Of a stretch of 64,000 nt of DNA, positions 40,793 to 52,412 are shown one piece after another. This DNA is from Haliotis rubra (lineage: Eukaryota): positions 1,178,001 through 1,242,000 of the forward strand of contig NW_025765336.1 of the NCBI RefSeq assembly GCF_003918875.1, in the 5' to 3' direction. The notes beneath the pieces were generated by a model. That model was not told the DNA's origin, searched no databases, and saw only the letters and a program-made list of their open reading frames with translations. Position numbers and translations under genes: made by a program. Positions within the stretch are counted from its first letter, which is position 1, and each line of letters begins with the position of its first letter.

Positions 40793-40987
40793 TATACTTA
40801 AGCAGGAATCTTCGCAACGCATATATACTGTACTTGTTGCCTGAATCTAGTGAAAAAATCAAAGACTCTAATAAAAGACACACACATCGTCCATGACAGA
40901 ACTTTCAGATAATTTTAATTTCAAATATGCCTCATTGGTTATATTGCCGGAAGTTAACAGTGTGTGTATTGTCCACCTCATGGCTAG

Positions 40988-41846
40988 CTACCCTTCATAG
41001 GACAAGACCTTCCTGTACTGGACCAGCACTCCCATTGGGGACGTTGTTCCAGGTGGCAACGTGGCCAACCAAACCACGTCGACTGCAGCTTCATCCGGGT
41101 GCCTTGCCTTCATGTCACCAAACATACCTTTCTCATCCAGATACGTCTTGGTAGCGTCTGTGACAGTCCATCCGGGACAGGAGGCGTTCACGAGCAGACG
41201 ACGAGGGTTGTCCTTCAGATTGCGCACAAGGATTCTGGTTAGAGCTACAAGACCCAGCTTGGAGACGACGTTTGGCCAATCCTGGCCACCCTTTCTCCTT
41301 GTAGCTGCCGTCCTTGGTTGATGTCACATATTCGTTGAGGACACAGTTTAGTTGATCAATCGACATATTGTCCGTTTGGAATTTTGGTCGAAGCTTCTCA
41401 GAGATGTGGGACAATTGCCCAAACCCACTTGACACAATGACATAGCGGCCATCTTGTCTGAGAAGAGGTTCCAGGGCTTGGTAGAGGTTTGCGTTGCCGA
41501 TGTTGTTGACGCGGATGTAACCTTCAGACTGCTCCGAGAGAGGGACGGGACTGTTCTTCTCGTAACTTACAGACCCGTTGGCAATGATTACATTAACTCC
41601 ACCGTAGGTCTCCTTCAGATATTTGGCGAAATCACAAATGCTGTCTCTGGAGTCGATGTCAAGTTGATGGAAGCAAGGACTCAAACCTTCTGCCTTCAGA
41701 TCTTGCACAGCTTTCTTGCCGCGTTCTTCGTTTCTCGCTGTGAGGTAGACCGCCCCGTCAAATGTTTGACACAAGTTACGAACCAGACTGATCCCGATTC
41801 CTCTGTTGCCCCCGGTCACAACAGCTACTTTCCTGCACGCAGACAT
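40988..41846 (-). pseudogene. Second carbonyl reductase-like SDR copy (inverted paralogue) with a 1-bp insertion at ~41281-41282; pseudogene or sequencing error
   Basis: 859 nt vs 858 nt for copy 1; TGGCCAGGATTGG vs TGGCCAGATTGG; both halves otherwise open and colinear to the same stop position. Confidence 0.8.
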
Positions 41847-42693
41847 GGTGGATTCCACAGATGTCGTCCTCCTGTTTCCCCGAATCAACAGTAGTCTGTT
41901 TAGTGAATGACAGTAAAAATGTCGTCTGCCAATCTAGAGTACTTCACAAATGTCGTCTGTTGGTTTGGAGGATGTTACAAGTTTCTTCTAAGGGTATTCA
42001 GATGTCGTCTGATGGTGGTGCGATTAGCCGCTCTTTCCCTGCGATACGAAAGGTGTGCTCCTATTCAGTGTAGCAAGGCGAGATCTGACCAGATCAACCA
42101 ACAGCCAGACTATTCCGCCAGACCGGTAGCGTGTTGATACAAAGCTGATCAAGGGGGATTGTGCAATATTGCAAACGACCCCTTATACAGAGTTATTCTG
42201 ATATGGTATTCCCGCCGTAGTGCAAGTAGACCGCGGGTGTCAACCTCCTGAAGGAATGTTATCTTACCTCCATGACAGAATGCTGAGATCTGACCCGATC
42301 CTGCCACATTTCCGTGTATCCCGCCAGGGAGGGAAGTGAAGTCCACAGCTGGAGAAAAAATCCCATCAACCCCGCTACAAAGCGGAAGCCACTCAGTGAA
42401 AGACACGTAACACAGTACAAGTCAACCTCAGCTCATTAAAACATCTGTTCTTAGTTATTTTTTAATTCCTTCTAATTCTTTTACAATGGCAAATTAAAAA
42501 ATGTCGGTGTAGCAGTATCATCGTAGCCCCGGCGCATGACGTGTATAATCAAATGCTACATACGTATAATACTACATGCACCCCTCGTTATACTGCTTCA
42601 ATATGTGTTATCTCATTAGAAGATTGCTGACTCACAGTGGGTTGCTTTTGAGAGCACAAGCAGCCCCTTAAAATGTTTTGAAGACTTTCGTAA

Positions 42694-43297
42694 AGTGGGT
42701 GAGTGAGTTTGGCTTTACGCCGCTTTTAGCAATATTCCAGCAATAACACGGCGTGGGACAGCAGAAATGGGCTTCAAACACTGTACCGGGGAATCGAACC
42801 CTGGTCTTTGGGGTGACGAGCGAACGCTTGAACCACTAGGCTACCCCACCGCTCTCCTAGGCGTAATAATTAAATGTTATCCCAAAGGGTTCGATTTCCA
42901 CAGAGGTACAATGTGTGAAGCCAATTTCTGGTGCCGCTCGCTGGGATTTGGCCAGAATATTGCTGAAAGCGGTAGTCACACACGCAATGGCTCACGCACT
43001 CAAGGAAACTTGTCGTTGTATACAGGGAGTGCTTGGAGTGAGTTTTGATATATTTTGATGACAGCTGGAATGAGATGAGCGATGAACGTTATGTTATACT
43101 GTGTTATACACATTCATTCATTCACACATACGTTACTTGTACACACATACCTTACTTGTACACTCATACGTTACGTGTGCTTGTACGCACATACATGCAC
43201 TTACTTGTACACACGTTACATGTACACACATACGTTACCTGTACACACATACGTTACCTGTACACACATACGTTACCTGTACACACATACGTTACTT
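42694..43297 (-). repeat. Right arm of inverted duplication plus inverted 19-bp minisatellite
   Basis: Reverse complement of 39697-40016 and of the 38961-39700 unit. Confidence 0.88.
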
Positions 43298-45119
43298 GAA
43301 CGTTATGTTATACTGTGCCGATCCGTCGTTGTTTTAACCCCTTAATACCGAGCACCAGGCAGGCAAACAACAAGTACCACCTTATAACATTTATCAGTAT
43401 GAGGTTGGGAGATGAGAATAGCACCATCGGCTCTCCGGATAAGAGTGAGCGAATTTAGTTTTACGCAGCACTCAGCAATACTCCAGCTATGAGCATCGAT
43501 CTACGCAATTGGGACACGATGACATATGTCAGCCAAGTCAGCGAGCCTGACCACCCGATCCCGTTAGTCGCCTCTGACGACAAGCATGGGTTACTGAAGA
43601 TCAATTCTAACGGGTTCTCTGGACAAGAACTACCTCCACTAACTACATAGTAGAATATATTTAGATCTAAAGTCACGAGGTTCCGAGTTCCATAATTTCA
43701 ACATGTTTAGAAATAAATTACGTTTTCACCATATCAAGGAGTAAACATGTTTAAATTCGCACACCAACTAATATAAGCTGTGGGACCTTGGCTCGTTTCG
43801 TGTGTTTAAATACTAGCACCGAATAAGTATTCCGGTTTACCATATAAACACATTACTCAACATGATTAGGTTCTGTTTAGATTCTAAACCTATTTATACA
43901 GTTAAATAACTAAAGCTGACAGTGGTATGAAAATAAGAGCGAAAGTATATTATCATCAAGTGTTTATTATCGTAACCCATATGATAATGGGTGATACACA
44001 CGCTGTGAAAGACAATGGTACATATTGGTACATAAAGGTACATAATATATACAACTTCAGATTGCACACACAAGGATTCAATATTTGCCAGGATTTCTAA
44101 ACCTGTTCAGTGTCCCATAATTCTTCAGACCGACAGTAGCACAGTTACCATGACAACCATGCCATGACATCTGTTCTCCCGAACATGTTCGTATAAATGG
44201 CTACAGTTGCATCCGAAACGATGTCTTATCTCGACAATGCATATTTTTCGAAACATGAAAAGAATGAAACCTACGTCCTTATCAGCGTTCCACAAACTCA
44301 TTCCGCAACGACACAGTACAACCGCGACGACGTTTTCAATGGTACGTGATCGGACCAGAATTATGACAAGGCCGTTTGAAATACATACCACTTTTTGGAT
44401 GACGGAATCACATTCCACCTCACAGTTCGAAGTCATGAACCTTTTGCCCAACACACCATACAAACGTTTGGTGAAACTAATACAAAACAATATGTATGAG
44501 GGAATGGGAATGTGAGTGAGTGAGTATGGTTTTACGCCGCTTTTAGCAATATTCCAGCAATATCACGGCGGGGGACACCAGAAATGGGCTTCACACAATG
44601 TGCCCATGTGGGGATTCGAAGAATGTGAATATGAAACATGTATATCGCAATGTACTTTTTGTAACGTTTTCTCCACAAAGAAAAATAACAAAGTGTTTGC
44701 AGGCCAATGCACATCGTACATAAAACGCAAATGCCTAAAATCATACGGACTTTCTCATCAGTAAACATAATGTACGTGAAAACTACAGAACTGGTAGCTG
44801 TTAGAAAACAAATTTGAATAAACATAAATAACTTATGGGACAGTCGATCCAGCAATGAAAGAAGCTATAACCCATCTTCACATTCCACGTAATACTCCAC
44901 TTTTCATAGGGATATGCTTATCTGTCTGTGGTGCACAAAGCTGATTTTCGTGTCAAGTGTATATATACATAGAAGAAATATGTGATTGGCCTCAGAAAAC
45001 GCTGAACAATTTAACATTTTTGTAGAAATGACGGCCACATGAAGACGGGGTGCTTGTGATCAGACAGTAACCATGAAAATATACAATTATAGGATTAAGA
45101 GGCAACAGAACCAGCCAAG

Positions 45120-45548
45120 AAATAACAACCGTTACAATAAGTTACAAGAAATAGCAACCGTTACAATAAATAACAACTCTACAACGTTCGTTGCAGTAAC
45201 CCTTACAACGTCCGTCCAGGTAACCCTTACAACGACCGTCACAGTAACCCTTACAACGTCCGTTACAGTAACCCTTACAACGTCCGTTGCAATAACCGTT
45301 ACAAGAATTAACAACCCTTACAATCGTAACAAGAATTAACAACCCTTTCATCAACCGTTACAAGGAATACCAACAACCATTACAAGGAATAACAACCGTT
45401 ACAAGGAATACCAACAACCATTACAAGGAATAACAACCGTTACAAGGAATAACAACAACCGTTACAAGGAATAACAACCGTTACAAGGAATAACAACAAC
45501 CATTACAAGAATTAACAACCCTTACAACAACCCTTACAATAACCGTTA
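45120..45548. repeat. Degenerate minisatellite, ~20-24-bp unit (AACAACCGTTACAAGGAAT)
   Basis: Direct inspection. Confidence 0.88.
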
Positions 45549-46038
45549 ACTGTTATAACAACATATTAGAGCAGAGTAGAAGTCAAGAGCAGCCAAATGA
45601 AAATACTCCCAACCCATTAATATGTTATGTTGTTACATGCCAAATACAAATTACATTTAAACATGAAACATGGAAAAATGGTTCAGAATTCAATAAAATA
45701 TGACAACAGGGCTCGTGTGAGCAGCACTTTCATAGATCATCTATCTCTCCATTTGGAAATGGGGACGCTTCGTAAAACATGGAATAGCATGAAGTGTTTC
45801 CCTCATTGGTTGAGGAATGAATCCAAAAGAGAATGTCACTTACCAATATAAGTATACCTCTCCAATTATTTAATAAGTAAAACCCTCACAAATTTAAAAT
45901 ATATATATATCTAAAATTCGCAACTGCCATTATGTCCGTACGCCCAAAAGAAGCAAAACAAACGCTTCCGTTGCCACGTTACTTCATGTAAGAGGGAGCT
46001 GTTGTCCAGTTTTCGTTCACTGTGTAATCATAACGCGT

Positions 46039-46259
46039 CTATACCAATAAAGGCGGCGGCTTCACATTCCGATCCCCTTCTTCCAGTTCCTGCATCTCAA
46101 CATGACCGTACCTACGAACTTTCCTGTGATACGAATGAGGCAACGCCACCATTCCTGATGGATAATATCCATAGCGTTTTGGTGCCAGTTTGTGAGCCCT
46201 TGTCCATCCATAAGAGAAGCCCTGGTCATCAGCTCCCTGTTTCTGCTTCACCAGCTGGC
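46039..46259 (-). CDS. PACSIN-like last exon 13 (SH3 C-half GQLVKQKQGADDQGFSYGW...GYYPSGMV + tail, TAG stop)
   Basis: TGTTCCAG acceptor, phase 1 fits exon 12; DDQG and GxYP match PACSIN-type SH3 (DEQGW, GLYP). Confidence 0.78.
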
Positions 46260-46773
46260 CTGGAACACATAGACAAGACAAGTCAAAACGGTACTCTAAC
46301 CCCTAAGAATATAATACAACTATATTTGCCAATCTTATAAACGGCATAAAAATACAAATGTAACGGACATGTTACTATGGGGTAGCGTAGTGGTTAAAGC
46401 GTTCGCTCGTGATGCCGAAAACACAGGTTCGATTCCCACATGGGTGCATGTCCGTGCCGTGATATTGCTGGATTATTGCTGAAAAAGGCTTAAAACTAAA
46501 CTCACACATTATTATGCGATTGTTACATTTCATGTGTTAGGTAAATACAACCAGTTACTTAATAGTACGTGTAGGGCCTGTAAGTCTCGTGAGCGCTACT
46601 TCCGGTGCTAAGCTAATTCCCGGCTCCATTTGTGCGCTAATTTGCGATATGCGAGACGGGGCCTAGTTTACTTACGGCGTATATTCAAGAACCAGTTCTG
46701 GTTCCAAATTGCGCGACCGCCAAATATGACTTTACCAGATCGGACCAAGCGTATAACCATGCTTGGCTGTCAG

Positions 46774-46921
46774 GGCCCCGTTTCACAAAGCTCTCGTAGA
46801 CCTAAGATCTCGTAACTTTTCTCGTAGCATTCGAATTCCCAATGTTACAGTATAGGAGGTACGAATGCTACGAGAAAAGTTACGAGATCTTAGGTCTACG
46901 AGAGCTTTGAGAAACGGGGCC
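46774..46921. mobile_element. Palindromic Harbinger-like MITE (~60-bp arms), TSD CAG
   Basis: ggccccgtttcacaaagctctcgtagacctaagatctcgtaacttttctcgtagcattcg and reverse complement. Confidence 0.88.
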
Positions 46922-48028
46922 CAGTGTCATAGCTGTTGACACTTGGCAGTCGGCTAATTTGGGATGGTTAGATCGGAAATGAAACTTTGTCACCGGAAGT
47001 ACTAAACAACGTAAGGTCTCGCGAAGTACCGTATCCTACTTACGAGCCCTATTGATTGAGTCCCCACAATCTCGCCTCTTATCCTTCTTACTTAAATCTC
47101 ACCAATTGAAACTGTACTATTCTTATAGCATCAATGAAAGGAATGCAGCATAAGTTGATTCATATGTAAAATGATGAGTTAGGACCGTTCAAACTATATG
47201 GCTGGGGGAGAGGGGGGTTAGTTGTGGTAGTGGTGGTACATAGAGAAGCATGTACAATGTGAATGCCCCCCCAAAAACAAACAAAACAACAACAAACAAA
47301 CAAACAAAAAACATGAGTATATCATACGCACATGGATTTCCTCCCTTACTTAGGACTTATCATGGTTTTTACAGAGTACGTTTTCATTAGTAATATATAT
47401 CTACCTGTTTCAACTGAAAGTCTAAAATATCTGAATCTAAAAATCTAAAAATTGGAATACATGTATCATGGTCAGACTAGCACTAGTATCTATTTAGAGT
47501 GGTATGCCTTGTAATATAGCTGATGTAATAATGCCCCATGACAAAACACACTAAGCTAATGTAATAATGCCCCATGCCAAAACATTAATAGGTTTCTTTA
47601 GGTGTTTTGGAGATTTTGAATTTTGCATTTTTTGCGTCATTTCCGGGAGGCCGAAGTCGACACCCACACCGATGAAGTCTTAGCTTCATTTGACATGAAT
47701 GTTTTCTGCTTTTGTAAACAAACGCGCCTTTTCTGAAATCATATTGGACTAAACGAGTATATCGGGTTTGTTCGGGTTTTGAAACGCTGCTTTCAATATT
47801 CCAGCCATATAACGGTCTATAAATAGTGGAGTCTGGATCAGACAATCCAGTGATTGATTCAATGATATGACATACATCCAACACGCAGCAAACCATACAA
47901 CCCAGTGCTGTTAATCGCCGCTAATCATAGATTGGAGGAGATCAGTTCTAACGTGGATATTTTCTTGAGCCCTGATAAACAGATTCCAGGACTAATCCGT
48001 ATCCCGTCTCACTTGGATCCAAACTAAC

Positions 48029-48343
48029 CTTGGTCCAGACTAATCTCCCTTGTGTTTCTAGCCTGGTAGGCGTGCAGGGCTCGAACTCGTACATTCGACA
48101 TGAGGCTGACTTCGTCGCTTTCACTGCTGCTGTTGCAGCTGCTGGAACTCAGATCATCAATGCTGTAGCCGCTGCTGTTGAGGCTGAGGTCGTCCAGGTC
48201 TTCTTGCATGTCTTCGAGGTCCTTGAAATTGCTTAGGAGTTCTCCCGGCGCCAGGGCGATGACTTGCGTTAGGGTGACCTCTTCGTCCTTCCTGAACAAC
48301 TTACGGCGAAGCCCTATTGCCCAAACATGCACTCATTTAGAAT
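48029..48343 (-). CDS. PACSIN-like exon 12 (acidic/Ser-rich linker + SH3 N-half VRVRALHAYQARNTREISLDQ); in-frame TGA at 48333-48335
   Basis: TACAG acceptor, GTTAGT donor; ALxxY...E.S...G SH3 motif. Confidence 0.72.
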
Positions 48344-48591
48344 CTGTACAGTGGAATGTCAAGACTGTAATTCTAATGCTCACCTGTCTTCCTTGAATTT
48401 CTATTACGTGATGATTTTGTTTTATGATCTGAAGCTATAGAGTGCGGTATTATACAGTGACTGGAGAAATCAAACCAATGTCTGAGAGTGAAAAGACGGT
48501 AAAGACCATCACTGTTCAGACCATCACTGTACAGACCATCACATTAGAGGCAGCCACTTTAAAGACCATCATTGTCAGGACCACCACTGGA

Positions 48592-48829
48592 GTGAGTTTA
48601 GTTTTACGCCGCACTCAAGCTATATTCCAGCTATATGGCGGCGGTCTGTAAATAATCGAGTCTGGACCAGACAATCCACTGATCAACAGCATGAGCATCG
48701 ATCTGCGCAATTGGGAACCGATGACATGTGTCAACCAAGTCAGCGAGCCTGACCACCCAATCCCGTTAGTCGCCTCTTACGACAAGCATGGGCTGATGAA
48801 GGTTCACTCTAACCCGGACCTTCACGGCT
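48592..48829 (-). mobile_element. Retroposon family 2, full length
   Basis: TSD ccaccactgga. Confidence 0.9.
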
Positions 48830-49075
48830 CCACCACTGGATAAAACATCCTGGCAAAGGCCACCACTATAACGCCAATCTTAGTAATGGCCATTCCGATA
48901 AAGGCCATCAGTTTATCCTTAGCTGAGCAGCCACGAATAAATAATGCTTTTTTTCAAGTTACGAGTTTGATATTTCTAGAAATCGATTGTGATTGAAGCA
49001 CACAGAAAGTTCCAGTATACAGTATCAGCTCGCTTACGCGATGTATATCATTTTTTCGTGTAATACTAACAAATG

Positions 49076-49295
49076 GTTGTTGGTTGGTTGTTTAACGCTG
49101 CACAGCATTCCAGCTATATGACGGCGGTCTGTCAATAATCGAGTTTGGACCAGACAATCCAGTGAGCATCGATCTACACACTTGGGATACAATGTGTCAA
49201 CCAGGTCAGCGAGCTTGACCAGCCGATCCCGTTAATCGTCTCATACGACTAGCATGGGTTACTGAAGATGAATTATAACCGGATCTTCACGGCTC
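49076..49295 (-). mobile_element. Retroposon family 2
   Basis: TSD actaacaaatg. Confidence 0.85.
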
Positions 49296-49322
49296 ACTAA
49301 CAAATGATAAATAAAATCATAC

Positions 49323-49349
49323 CTTTAGCAATTGACGTTAGGCGGCGTT
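49323..49349 (-). CDS. PACSIN-like putative 27-nt microexon 11 (ERRLTSIAK)
   Basis: TGTTCCAG acceptor, GTATGA donor, symmetric phase 1/1. Confidence 0.5.
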
Positions 49350-49776
49350 CTGGAACATAAACATCAACAAAATAAAGAATATATAGAAAAAATCTGAAAA
49401 TATTTTGTGGATTCCTGACACAAGTACTCGTGGTTCTAGTCTGCCAGGAACGGTGGGGGTAGCCTAGTGGTTAAAGCGTTCGCTCGTCACGCCGAAGACC
49501 CGGGTTCGTTTCGCTCACATGTCTGGTGTCCCCTGTTGTGATATTGCTGGAATATTTGCTAAAAGCGGGGTAAAACACATTCACTCTAATCTGCCCGAGG
49601 ATATCCACACAAGATCATGTTAAAGTTAAATAGTGGCGTATTAAAGTAAAATGTTCGCTTAGTTTCTATCAATAGTTTACGATGAATTTACATGAATACG
49701 CATGACAAAGGGTACTGAGATATTTTTCTGGAAACATCGTATGCAAAGACAGAGATTAGTAGCTGCAATGTTCGAT

Positions 49777-50170
49777 CCTGTTGGAGAGCTTTAGTTATAC
49801 CAAAACCGCCTTCCGTAACCCGTACCTGTTGGAGAGCTTTAGTTATACCAAAAACGCCTTCCGTAACCCGTACCTGTTGGAGAGCTTTAGTTATACCAAA
49901 AACGCCTTCCGTAACCCGTACCTGTTGGAGAGCTTTAGTTATACCAAAAACGCCTTCCGTAACCCGTACCTGTTGGAGAGCTTTAGTTATACCAAAAACG
50001 CCTTCTGTAACCCGTACCTATTGGAGAGCTTTAGTTTTACCAATAACGCCTTCCCTAACTCTTACCTGCTGGAAAGCTTTAGTTTTATCAATACCGCCTA
50101 TTAGTTAACCCTTCCTTGTTGGAAAGTTTTAGTTTTACCAATACCGCCTTCTCGTTAACTCTTACCTGTT
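49777..50170. repeat. Minisatellite, 48-bp unit, ~8 copies, abutting the exon 10 donor
   Basis: gtaacccgtacctgttggagagctttagttataccaaaaacgccttcc. Confidence 0.93.
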
Positions 50171-50300
50171 TGCGACATAGCGTCATCCTCATCGTCCTCA
50201 TTTTCGGCACAGAAGTTGCGCACGTCGAAGGGTAGATGATGACGAGGCAGCTTGATCATCTCCGGGGGCAACACAAGTGACTCCATCGACTGTGTGCTTT
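50166..50300 (-). CDS. PACSIN-like exon 10 (ESTQSMESLVLPPEMIKLPRHHLPFDVRNFCAENEDDEDDAMSQT)
   Basis: TTTCTCACAG/GTAAGA, phases 1/1. Confidence 0.75.
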
Positions 50301-50728
50301 CTGTGAGAAATAATTGGTGAAATCAAACCATTAACAGATCAGAATTTGCACAGTAATTGTTCACAAGAACAAGACGCACGATACAGCCAGAAGCAGGGTA
50401 GGGTGTGAGAATGAATCGACAAGTATACAACAGTGAGGTATCAGGATTTAACTCTAGCCATTTTTACTCTGATAACACATACCAACAGCGATGTGGTACA
50501 AAGACATTTAACAGCGAATGGCGATGCGCTCGATCAGTGTCACACTTATATATCTCTGACAGCATATGATAAACATGTTTTCAAGAGATTGAGAATGAAT
50601 AGAAACCTTGATCCTTGATGTTCACAGTTTTCCGTGACTTGGCCTTCACAGCGGGCTAAATGTGGATTGGTCATGTCAGTTGTATATATAATAACAAAAA
50701 TAGCCATGTACTATACTTGGAAACTGAC

Positions 50729-51537
50729 CGAAACTGGTGGACGTAGTTGGAGGGGGGCTACCAGCCTTGGCGAGCACGGAGTCGTTGGAATAGGAGATGA
50801 ATACGTTCTTGATACATTGCTGGTTAACCTTTATCTCATGGTCTGACACCTCAACTGTCTGTGTGGCGCATTCGTCAGCCACGTCTTCCCCAGCTGTCTG
50901 TATGACGTAGTTGCAGGTAGGGTAATTTCCAGAAGTGATGCATTCGCTGCCAAGGTCATGACTACCTGGGTGATTGCCGAGGAGGTCGTTCTGGCTCGCA
51001 CCCCCGGCCGGATGTGTGCTGTTCACGTCGTCCTCACTCACACCTCCAACCGGATGTCCGCTGGTCAAGTAGTTCTGACTCTCACCCCGAACCGGATGTG
51101 TGATGGTCAAGTCGTTCTGGCTCGCACCCCCAACCGGATGTCTGTTGGTCAAGTCATTCTGGCTCACACTCCGAGCTTGATCTGTGCTGTATATTTCTCC
51201 GTGGCTATCATCCCCAAACGGATGTCTGGTGGTCGGTTCGTCCGGACTGGCACTCCCAGCCGGATGTGTGCTATTCCGGTTGTCCTGATCTTCAGCCCCT
51301 GCAGGAAGTGTGCAAGTCAAGCCGTCTTCACTCGCAGCCCCAGCCGGATACGTCCTGGTCAAGTCGTCTTGACTGGCACCCCTAAGGTACTCGCTGACCA
51401 GATCTTCCTGACGCCCAGACGTCCTCGCAAGGTACTCGTTGACCAGCTCTTCCTGTCGAGTCTGAATCTTCAACAGGTGATTCACACGTGCTATCTGAGA
51501 ACAGCCGTACTGGACCTGAGACGTGTTCGGCAAAGGC
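50729..51537 (-). CDS. PACSIN-like exon 9, large low-complexity exon with ~10 degenerate 14-aa repeats (ASQNDLTxxHPVGG)
   Basis: ATTTCAG acceptor in phase 2, open frame (ORF 50676-51533), GTCAGT donor in phase 1 matches exon 10. Confidence 0.75.
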
Positions 51538-52241
51538 CTGAAATAGTTTTGTCACCAAATATAACTATCAATTATCACTATTCTATTTTAGCAAAGTTGT
51601 GCATATAATAGCATACGAACAGCGTCACGATTTTAATGCTCCTCAGAAAAGGTCTTCTATTATAGCAATTCGTGTCTGTCAATTACCTGAGTAAAGAAAA
51701 ACAACAAACGGATCCTCCAGTTGAGAAGAATTACTTCAAAAAATAATTTGCAAATACATATAGGTGAGTGAGTTTCGAACAGATTAGAGTGAGTGGGTTT
51801 AGTTTTAGCAATATTCCAGCAATATCACGACTGGGCCCACAGAAATGGGCTTCAGACATTGTACCCATGTGGGGAATCGTACCGGGGTTCTCGGCGTGAC
51901 AAATGAACGGTTTAATAACCACTAGCCTACCCCGCCGCCCCTAAATACATATAAGACAAAGCCAGACAACAATATACCGAGCCAGATTCTAATGAACGTA
52001 AGAGGTAAAACAGTTGGGAAAATTATAAGAATGGATCGCTGAAAATCATCAATGAGACATGGTGTTCGCGAAAGAGGTATCATCATAGCCTGAACTATCG
52101 GCAGCACCCGCTACTCAGATAATTTGCCCAAGACTCCACAGATCACGTGACTGCCTGTAGATACAGGACATTGCATCTACGCTTTGTTTAATACAGTGTG
52201 ATTTCACGTCCTTCTTGTCGGGTGACGGACTATCGTCTCAC

Positions 52242-52412
52242 CCGCCAGTGGAATCCTCCCTGAGCGTGCTGATATTTTGCGGACAAACTGGAGACGGGGA
52301 GCTAGGCCGGAAGCGGAAGGTGTCAGGACCGGGAGCAGGCGGACGACTCCTAGGACCCTCACTTCCGGTCGATCGCTTTTTCTTCTTTGTTGGTCAATCC
52401 GCTAACCAGGTC
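52242..52412 (-). CDS. PACSIN-like exon 8 (DLVSGLT/TKKKKRSTGSEGPRSRPPAPGPDTFRFRPSSPSPVCPQNISTLREDSTGG), apparent +1 frameshift near 52375-52392
   Basis: TCTTTTCTACAAAG acceptor, GTGAGA donor; 171 nt where 3n+2 is required. Confidence 0.6.

Noticed and set aside
44125-44515. Overlapping ~100-120-aa ORFs on both strands
   Set aside because: No recognisable motif; a Tyr-motif-like third frame is broken by stops.
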